64,000 nt of DNA from Pyrinomonadaceae bacterium MAG19_C2-C3. Its GTDB lineage: Bacteria > Acidobacteriota > Blastocatellia > Pyrinomonadales > Pyrinomonadaceae. Positions 57,471 through 64,000 of the stretch are shown here, piece by piece (the stretch's first letter is position 1; every line of letters begins with the position of its first letter). Made by a program: the position numbers and the translations under genes. The DNA is taken from positions 509 through 64,508 of the forward strand of contig JANDLT010000024.1 of assembly GCA_024330265.1 (NCBI GenBank), given 5' to 3'. Below the pieces are notes generated by a model. That model had not been told where the DNA came from. It saw nothing but the letters and a program-made list of their open reading frames with translations, and searched no databases.

Positions 57471-58274
57471 ATGAAAACATACACGCACGATGAAGAGTCA
57501 GGAACTGCACGCCGCAAGGAATTGATCCTTCAGGAACTTCTACGCGCGGGTGAAGTCTCCGTTGACGTGCTGGCAGACAAACTTAGAATTTCAACGGCAA
57601 CCATTCGCCGCGACCTGACGGCTCTCGAACGACAAGGACTACTCCGGCGTAATCATGGCGGTGCATCTCCGGTCGAACCTGCGTTGTACGAGCCTTTCCG
57701 TAACGTCTCTTCCTTTTCAGAGCAGGAGCAGCAGCGAACGGCGGAGAAACGTCGCATCGGTCTCGCGGCGGCGGAACTGATTCAGGACGGCGATACCATC
57801 GCTCTCGGCGCAGGAACGACTACGACCCAAATCGCGCGCAGCATACGCCATCGTCGTCGGCTCACCGTGCTGACGAATGCCGTCAACATCGCAATGGAGT
57901 TGAGCCACCGCGACGACATCAAGGTTTTCATAACGGGTGGTCATTTGAGCGGGTCATGGTTTGCGCTCGTTGGCGCGATTGCGGAACAGAACGCGAACGC
58001 GATGTTTGTTGACAAAGCATTCATCGGCGTTGACGGCATCCACGCCGAACACGGTTTGACAACCAACTACCCGGATCAAGCGGCGATTCACCGGACACTC
58101 TTACAGCAGGCACGCCAGCGCATCGCCGTCGCCGACCACCGCAAGCTCGGCATCGTCGCCACCGCTCTCATCTGGCAGTCGCAAGACATCGGTATTTTCA
58201 TCACCGACAAGAAAGCCGATGTCGAATCAATCGCCCCATTCACCGACAAGGGAATCAGGGTGATCCGGGCATAA
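57471..58274 (+). CDS. DeoR/GlpR-family transcriptional regulator
   Basis: N-terminal HTH (RRKELILQELLRAGEVSVDVLADKLRISTATIRRDLTALERQGLLRR) plus a DeoR C-terminal sensor domain. Confidence 0.9.
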   Translation: MKTYTHDEESGTARRKELILQELLRAGEVSVDVLADKLRISTATIRRDLTALERQGLLRRNHGGASPVEPALYEPFRNVSSFSEQEQQRTAEKRRIGLAAAELIQDGDTIALGAGTTTTQIARSIRHRRRLTVLTNAVNIAMELSHRDDIKVFITGGHLSGSWFALVGAIAEQNANAMFVDKAFIGVDGIHAEHGLTTNYPDQAAIHRTLLQQARQRIAVADHRKLGIVATALIWQSQDIGIFITDKKADVESIAPFTDKGIRVIRA

Positions 58275-58356
58275 CAGGCAAACTTGAGCCTTTGTTTCCG
58301 TTGATAGATTCATTCGGTCAAGCAAACTGGATTTTAGTCACTTAGCGCACAACATA

Positions 58357-58385
58357 TTGACAAATGTTCATTTTGGATGTAAATA
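58357..58385 (+). promoter_or_regulatory. Sigma-70-like promoter candidate upstream of the GH51 gene
   Basis: TTGACA (58357-58362), a 17-nt spacer, then TAAATA (58380-58385). Nearby inverted repeat tgagca...tcgctca. Assumes the canonical consensus applies in this organism. Confidence 0.35.
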
Positions 58386-58478
58386 AACAACGTGATGAGC
58401 ATATTGAGTATGTTCGCTCAATAAGTGGGAAGTAACAGTGGGCTGTGCGTCATACTTTTCTGGAAGGATTAAGTCTTC

Positions 58479-60182
58479 GTGAAGAACATTAAACGGCGAA
58501 CGTTTCTTGGCGGTGCAATGGTACTTGGTGCGGTGGCGGCGGCGAAGAACGCGGCGGCAATAACCGGCGGTGGTCGTCGCAACCTGACGCAATCCTCACG
58601 CGCCTTGGAGTCGCGTATTGACGTTCTCATCAAAGAACCGATTGCGACCATCAACCCCGACATCTACGGTCACTTCGTCGAACACCTGGGCGGTGTGGTG
58701 TACGACGGAATATGGGTCGGCGAGAACTCGAAGATTCCAAACACGAACGGGATTCGCACCGCGCTTGTCGAAGCGATGCGGCGCATCAAGCCTTCGGTGA
58801 TTCGCTATCCCGGCGGATGCTTTGCCGATTCCTACGATTGGCGCGACGGCATAGGCGAACGCGCGAAGCGTCCACGCCGCACTAACTTCTGGGTTGACTC
58901 GCCGGAGTCACAGGTGCGCGGTCAGAACATTCCGCAAAACTACGACCCGAACCACTTCGGCACGAACGAGTTTTTGCGCTTCTGCAATCTCACGAACGGG
59001 AGACCATACTTGGCGGCGAATTTGCGCGGATTAGGCGCGCAGGATTTTTACGAGTGGGTCGAGTATTGCAACTCGCCTGCCGGGACGACCACAGGAGCGG
59101 AGATGCGCGCGGGCGGAAGCCAACCGAGTCGTGAGCCGTTCAAGGTTGAGTTTTGGGGTGTCGGCAACGAATCGTGGGGATGCGGCGGCAATCTCACTCC
59201 CGAAGAATATTCCGCCGAGTTCCGACGTTTCACCGCCGCCGTGCCGCGCTACGGTTTGCCATTGAAGTTCATCGCTTCGGGCGCGAACGCCGACGACCTT
59301 AACTGGACGCGCGGCTTCTTCGCGCAGACGCGGGAGAAAGGCGCGGGACTCTTTAATAGTATTTACGGGTGGGGCTTGCATCACTATGCGTGGAACGTGA
59401 GTGGCGGGCGCACTACCGACTGGTTCGCGGGCAAGGGAGATGCGGTCAAGTTCGACACTGAACAGTATTACGAACTGCTCCGCGAAGCCGACCGTATGGA
59501 TTCGCTCATCAACACTCACTGGACGGTGATGGGCGAGTTCGACCGCCAGCACCACGTCAAGCTTATCGTTGATGAATGGGGAGCGTGGTATAAGCCGGGT
59601 ACGGAAATCGCCCCGCCGCACCTGCTCGGTCAGCAATCAACGATGCGCGACGCTTTGCTCGCCGGACTCACGCTCGACACGTTCAATCGCCACGCCGACA
59701 AAGTTGCGATGGCGAACGTCGCGCAACTCATCAACTGTCTGCACTCGCCGTTCCTCGCGCACGAAGACAAATTCGCCTTAACGCCGACCTTCCACGCCTT
59801 CGAGATGTATGCCCCGCATCAAGGCGCGCAAGCCGTCCGCACAGAGTTCGTCTCCCCGCGCGTCGCCTATACGCGCAACAGTAAGCCCGCCGACTTTTGG
59901 GGCTTAGGCGGTTCGGCTTCCATCAACGGCAAACAACTGACGCTGACCGTCGTCAACTCTGACTTGCGCGAAGCGCGTGAAACGGAAGTCGCCATCGCAG
60001 GTGCGCGCATCGCACAGGCTGCCGCGCGTGTGTTGGCGGAAACCGATGTTCACGCCCACAACACTTTCGAGAACCCGCGTGCCGTCGAACCGCGAGACGA
60101 ACAAGTTAGAGTTAATAACGGACGACTCGTTTATCGCTTCGCGCCCGCGTCACTCACACGGTTACAAATCACTCTGGCTTAA
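58479..60182 (+). CDS. GH51 alpha-L-arabinofuranosidase with Tat-type signal
   Basis: [22 protein letters not shown], then [38 protein letters not shown] and [11 protein letters not shown] (acid/base Glu context). Confidence 0.9.
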   Translation: MKNIKRRTFLGGAMVLGAVAAAKNAAAITGGGRRNLTQSSRALESRIDVLIKEPIATINPDIYGHFVEHLGGVVYDGIWVGENSKIPNTNGIRTALVEAMRRIKPSVIRYPGGCFADSYDWRDGIGERAKRPRRTNFWVDSPESQVRGQNIPQNYDPNHFGTNEFLRFCNLTNGRPYLAANLRGLGAQDFYEWVEYCNSPAGTTTGAEMRAGGSQPSREPFKVEFWGVGNESWGCGGNLTPEEYSAEFRRFTAAVPRYGLPLKFIASGANADDLNWTRGFFAQTREKGAGLFNSIYGWGLHHYAWNVSGGRTTDWFAGKGDAVKFDTEQYYELLREADRMDSLINTHWTVMGEFDRQHHVKLIVDEWGAWYKPGTEIAPPHLLGQQSTMRDALLAGLTLDTFNRHADKVAMANVAQLINCLHSPFLAHEDKFALTPTFHAFEMYAPHQGAQAVRTEFVSPRVAYTRNSKPADFWGLGGSASINGKQLTLTVVNSDLREARETEVAIAGARIAQAAARVLAETDVHAHNTFENPRAVEPRDEQVRVNNGRLVYRFAPASLTRLQITLA

Positions 60183-60198
60183 AGTCACATCGAACATT

Positions 60199-61242
60199 AT
60201 GACTTGGGAAGAACGTTGGCATCCGTTGCGTGAAGAGTGGGTCGTAGTCGCTGCCCACCGGCAGAATCGCCCTTGGAGCGGCGAGACCCTTGAGCGTGTC
60301 GAAGTCGAGTTGCCGCAGTACCTCGCGGATTGTTATTTGTGTCCCGGCAACACGCGCGTCAGTGGCAGACGCAATGACGATTACACTTCCGTCTTCGTCT
60401 TCGACAACGATCATCCGTCCGTCGGGATGGACGCGCCGCAACCGCCAGCCCCGCCCGATGGCATTTACCGGAATCGTTCGGCGCAAGGTATCGCGCGTGT
60501 CGTCTGTTATAGCCCGAACCACAACCTCGCGCTCGCCGAACTCGAAGTCTGCGAGGTCGAGAATCTTTTGCGTGTCTGGCAAAAGCAGTACATCGAACTC
60601 GGCAGCCGCCCGGAGATTGACCACGTACTCATCTTCGAGAACAAAGGCGAAGCGGTCGGCGTCTCGAACCCGCACCCGCACTGCCAGATTTACGCGACCA
60701 ACTTTGTCTTTAAGACGATTGAAATGGAAGCGCGCGTTTCACAAAAACATCTCGCCGAAACGAATCGCATCCTCTTTCAAGACATCCTCCAAGCCGAACG
60801 CGCGGACAATCGGCGCATCATTAGTGAGAACGAAACGGCAATCGCCTTTATGCCGTATTTCGCGCGCTACGCTTATGAAGTTTATGTCGCGCCGAAACGG
60901 ACGCACGCGAGTCTTGCCGCCTTAACTGATACGGAACTGCACGACTTCGCCGCAGTTCTGAAAGACACGCTTGTTCGCTTCGACAATTTGTGGCGGATGC
61001 CGTTTCCCTACGTCATGGTCTTACATCAAGCACCGACGGACGGAGGCGACTATGGCGGCTTTCATTTTCACATCGAATTTCACCCGCCTTTGCGTCGCCC
61101 GAATCTTTTGAAATATCTCGCGGGACCCGAAATCGGCGGCGGCAACTTTCTGTCAGACACCGCCCCCGAAGAGAAAGCGGCGGAACTGCGCCTCGTCTCC
61201 GCGATTCATTACAACTGCGCGAAAGCAAAAGGAAAAGCATGA
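60199..61242 (+). CDS. galT: Galactose-1-phosphate uridylyltransferase (class I, HIT superfamily)
   Basis: The start is taken at [15 protein letters not shown]. Zinc motif CYLCPGN and active site [10 protein letters not shown]. Confidence 0.9.
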   Translation: MTWEERWHPLREEWVVVAAHRQNRPWSGETLERVEVELPQYLADCYLCPGNTRVSGRRNDDYTSVFVFDNDHPSVGMDAPQPPAPPDGIYRNRSAQGIARVVCYSPNHNLALAELEVCEVENLLRVWQKQYIELGSRPEIDHVLIFENKGEAVGVSNPHPHCQIYATNFVFKTIEMEARVSQKHLAETNRILFQDILQAERADNRRIISENETAIAFMPYFARYAYEVYVAPKRTHASLAALTDTELHDFAAVLKDTLVRFDNLWRMPFPYVMVLHQAPTDGGDYGGFHFHIEFHPPLRRPNLLKYLAGPEIGGGNFLSDTAPEEKAAELRLVSAIHYNCAKAKGKA

Positions 61243-62291
61243 GCGAGTACCGAGCCTCACAGGACACACACGATGCGAGCGAACTCCTCGCGCCGATTCG
61301 CCGCCTGCATGAGCGTGTGCGCGATGAAGTGGTAGCGACGTGCGAAAGTGCCGCGCTCGAAGACCTTTCGGAAGTCTCCGACGACTCGTCGGAAGGCGAC
61401 ACGATTTACGCGGTTGATAGAGTCAGCGAAGAAGTGTTGCTTGAATTTTTCGAGCATGAAATCGCACCGCGCACGCCCATTGTTCTCATCGCGGAAGGCA
61501 TCGAAGACGGGCAAATCGTGTTGCCGCGCGGCACGCCGGAAAAGGATGCCGTGTGGCGCGTCGTCGTTGACCCGATAGACGGCACGCGCGGCATCATGTA
61601 TCAGAAACGAAGCGCGTGGGTTCTCACGGGGGTCGCGCCGAATCGCGGACGCGACACGAACTTGCAGGACATCGTGCTTGCCGTGCAAACGGAAATCCCG
61701 CTCGTCAAGCAACACCTTTGCGACGTGTTGTGGTGCGTGCGCGGGCAGGGCGCGCACGCCGAACGCTTCAACCGTTTAACGAACGAGACGCAGCCTTTGC
61801 GTTTGCAACCTTCGCGTTCGCATTCAATCCGGCACGGCTTCGCGGGGCTGGCGCGCTTCTTCCCCGGCGTGCGCGAAGAACTCGCGGCGATTGATGAAGA
61901 AGTCGTGCGCGGCGCGTTGGGCGATGTCGAACACGGCAAAGCGCATTGCTTTGAAGACCAGTATCTATCAAGCGGCGGTCAGCTTTACGAGTTGATGGCG
62001 GGACATGACCGCTTCATCGCCGACTTGCGTCCGTTGATGGAAAGCGTGCTTAGGAAACGCGGGCTTTCGTCCGGCATCTGTTGTCATCCTTACGATATGT
62101 GTACGGAGCTTATCGCGCGCGAAGCCGGTGTGATTGTCACGGATGAACGCGGAGCAAAATTAACCGCGCCGCTCGATGTTCACGCCGATGTTGCGTGGTG
62201 CGGCTACGCTAATGAACACATCCGCGCGGAGATAGAATCGCTGTTGCAAGACGCGCTCAAATCGCGCGGACTAACGAACGATGCCGCATAG
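61239..62291 (+). CDS. Inositol-monophosphatase/FBPase-superfamily phosphatase-like protein
   Basis: The ATG overlaps the galT TGA (ATGA). Metal-binding motif [13 protein letters not shown]. The rest is divergent from classic IMPase. Confidence 0.65.
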   Translation: MSEYRASQDTHDASELLAPIRRLHERVRDEVVATCESAALEDLSEVSDDSSEGDTIYAVDRVSEEVLLEFFEHEIAPRTPIVLIAEGIEDGQIVLPRGTPEKDAVWRVVVDPIDGTRGIMYQKRSAWVLTGVAPNRGRDTNLQDIVLAVQTEIPLVKQHLCDVLWCVRGQGAHAERFNRLTNETQPLRLQPSRSHSIRHGFAGLARFFPGVREELAAIDEEVVRGALGDVEHGKAHCFEDQYLSSGGQLYELMAGHDRFIADLRPLMESVLRKRGLSSGICCHPYDMCTELIAREAGVIVTDERGAKLTAPLDVHADVAWCGYANEHIRAEIESLLQDALKSRGLTNDAA

Positions 62292-63807
62292 CGTGATGCA
62301 AACCCGACGCACCATCACACGCGGCTCAAGTCAGGGCTTGCGCGACGTTGAGGATTTCATCAATTTGGTGAACAGTTCCGATGTTCACCCGCTTGCGGAT
62401 GTGCGCGAACTGTTCGACCTGAACGCGGAAATCTTCGTCGCACGCGCTCCCGGTCGTCTCGATGTAATGGGCGGCATCGCGGACTATTCGGGTTCGCTCG
62501 TACTGGAAATGCCGATTGCCGAAGCGACGCTGGTCGCTGTTCAACGCGCGGGAATAAACGGGCGGCAAAGCGACATCAGGCGCAATTTGAAAATCGTTAG
62601 CCTGACCCAAGACGGCACGCGGGAAGCGTCGTTCGAGATGTCGCTCGAAGATTTTGAGCCTGACGGAAAGCCGATTAGTTATGAAGACGCGCGTGAATAT
62701 TTCCGCCGTGACCCGTCGCGCCACTGGGCGGCTTACGCGGCGGGAGTCTTCCTTGTACTGATGCGTGAGCGCGGCGTGCGGTTCGAGGAAGGTGCGCGTC
62801 TGCTTATCTCATCGGGCGTACCGGAAGGTAAGGGCGTCAGTTCGTCGGCGGCGATTGAGGTGGCTTGCATGTCTGCGGTGTGCGCCGCCTTCGGAATCGA
62901 GATTGCGCCGCGTGAGTTGGCGATGCTGTGTCAGAAAATCGAGAATGCGGTGGTCGGTGCGCCGTGCGGTGTGATGGATCAGATGACTTCCGCGTGCGGC
63001 GAAGCGGGCAAGTTGCTCGCGCTTTTGTGCCAACCGGCGGAGTTAAAAGGAACAATCGAACTACGCGCAGACCTCGCCGTGTGGGGCTTGGATTCAGGGG
63101 TTCGCCATTCTGTCGGGGCGGGTGATTACGGCTCTGTGCGGACGGGTGCTTTCATGGGCTACCGCATCATCGCGGAGATGGCAGGCTTGAAAGTCGGCAC
63201 GCAGTTCGATGGTAATCCGGTCGTCATTAACGATTCACTTTGGAACGGGTATCTCGCAAACATCACGCCGTCGGAATTTGAAACTTCTTTCCTCGCCCAC
63301 TTGCCCGAAGAAGTTAAGGGCGGCGAATTTCTCGCGCGCTGTGGCGGGACGACCGACGCTGTGACACGGGTTGACGCTCACCGCACATACGCCGTGCGAC
63401 AACCGACGGCGCACGCGATTTATGAACATCATCGCGTGCGATTGTTTGCCGAACTCTTGAACGCTGCCGCGAGTGCGCGGCGGAATGAGTTGCTAGGCGA
63501 GTTGATGTATCAATCGCACGCCAGCTACGGGCGATGCGGATTAGGTTCTGAAGGCACGGATTTACTTGTCAGTCTCGTGCGTCAAGTCGGCGCAAAAAGT
63601 GGTCTCTACGGCGCGAAGATTACGGGCGGCGGAAGCGGTGGGACAGTTGCCGTACTCGGTCGGCGCGACGCGAGGGCGGCGATTGGGCAGGTAATCGAAA
63701 AGTACGAACAGGTGATGAATCACGAGCCGTATATCTTCGCGGGTTCCTCGCCGGGCAGCGCGTCGTTCGGTTTTATAAAGCTGGAAAGCACAACACTGAA
63801 TTTTTAA
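62281..63807 (+). CDS. GHMP-family sugar-1-kinase resembling plant L-arabinokinase (ARA1) kinase domain
   Basis: [26 protein letters not shown], where classical galactokinase has PGRVNLIGEHTDY. ATP loop [14 protein letters not shown] and [16 protein letters not shown]. At 508 aa it is longer than GalK. An alternative start is at 62296. Confidence 0.75.
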   Translation: MPHSVMQTRRTITRGSSQGLRDVEDFINLVNSSDVHPLADVRELFDLNAEIFVARAPGRLDVMGGIADYSGSLVLEMPIAEATLVAVQRAGINGRQSDIRRNLKIVSLTQDGTREASFEMSLEDFEPDGKPISYEDAREYFRRDPSRHWAAYAAGVFLVLMRERGVRFEEGARLLISSGVPEGKGVSSSAAIEVACMSAVCAAFGIEIAPRELAMLCQKIENAVVGAPCGVMDQMTSACGEAGKLLALLCQPAELKGTIELRADLAVWGLDSGVRHSVGAGDYGSVRTGAFMGYRIIAEMAGLKVGTQFDGNPVVINDSLWNGYLANITPSEFETSFLAHLPEEVKGGEFLARCGGTTDAVTRVDAHRTYAVRQPTAHAIYEHHRVRLFAELLNAAASARRNELLGELMYQSHASYGRCGLGSEGTDLLVSLVRQVGAKSGLYGAKITGGGSGGTVAVLGRRDARAAIGQVIEKYEQVMNHEPYIFAGSSPGSASFGFIKLESTTLNF

Positions 63808-63817
63808 GCGGCGACGA

Positions 63818-63946
63818 GATGCGAAGAAGGCACGCGAAGGATTAGGCTGGCAACCGCGTTACCCAAAACTCAAAGAGATTATCGGCACGGCTTGGGAGTG
63901 GCACGAGGCGCATCCCGAAGGCTACCGCACAAGTCAGGCGACGTGA
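63818..63946 (+). pseudogene. C-terminal stub (about 42 codons) of a UDP-sugar 4-epimerase (GalE-like)
   Basis: [42 protein letters not shown] matches the extreme C-terminus of GalE. The frame is closed by a TGA just upstream, so no Rossmann domain exists here. Confidence 0.65.
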
Positions 63947-64000
63947 GTGGTTCAGCCCAACGCCGTGCAGTTCCGGTTACATCACGCAGTACACACACTT

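Overview
This is a high-GC bacterial chromosomal segment. Most genes sample at about 58-73% GC in hand-counted lines. The gene content looks Acidobacteriota-like: CarboxypepD_reg-type TonB-dependent receptors, many exported TPR proteins and giant CARDB surface proteins. That taxonomic call is inference only.

Gene order:
- 1-6.7 kb: a TPR protein, a Fis-type HTH protein, a LytS/LytTR two-component pair and a TonB-dependent receptor.
- 8-10.2 kb: the aromatic amino-acid operon (chorismate mutase, pheA, DAHP synthase).
- 10.7-17 kb: an exported TPR-CHAT protease, a Uma2 nuclease, and an atypical sigma factor with a zf-HC2 anti-sigma factor.
- 17-27.3 kb: two small unknown genes, a glycine-rich secreted protein and a surface protein of about 2400 aa (Big_2/CARDB/PPC/IPT domains) that is split by a 61-bp insertion.
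- 27.5-39.6 kb: a reductive pyrimidine-catabolism cluster (preA, preT, beta-ureidopropionase, NCS1 permease, dihydropyrimidinase, class-III aminotransferase, decayed aldehyde dehydrogenase). Three separate selfish modules interrupt it: an AT-rich orphan PD-(D/E)xK gene with brnTA, an AbiEii-like toxin-antitoxin (TA) cassette flanked by a diverged 77-bp duplication, and a REP-associated tyrosine transposase (RAYT) flanked by REP arrays.
- 39.3-41.1 kb: a stretch of gene remnants.
- 41.3-63.9 kb: an arabinan-utilisation locus (GH43, GH127, GH51, truncated GH97, a TonB-dependent receptor flanked by three TPR proteins, a DeoR regulator). It holds an IS200/IS605 element with an intact TnpB and a nonsense tnpA. 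It ends with a translationally coupled galT / IMPase-like / plant-type-arabinokinase-like operon and a galE stub.

I recognised no rRNA, tRNA or CRISPR array.

The most unusual signals are the colonised catabolic operon, the orphan AT-rich nuclease island, the possible Leloir-like L-arabinose route, several families of long intergenic hairpins, and a very high density of pseudogenes and remnants. All family assignments come from motif recognition by eye. No searches were run.
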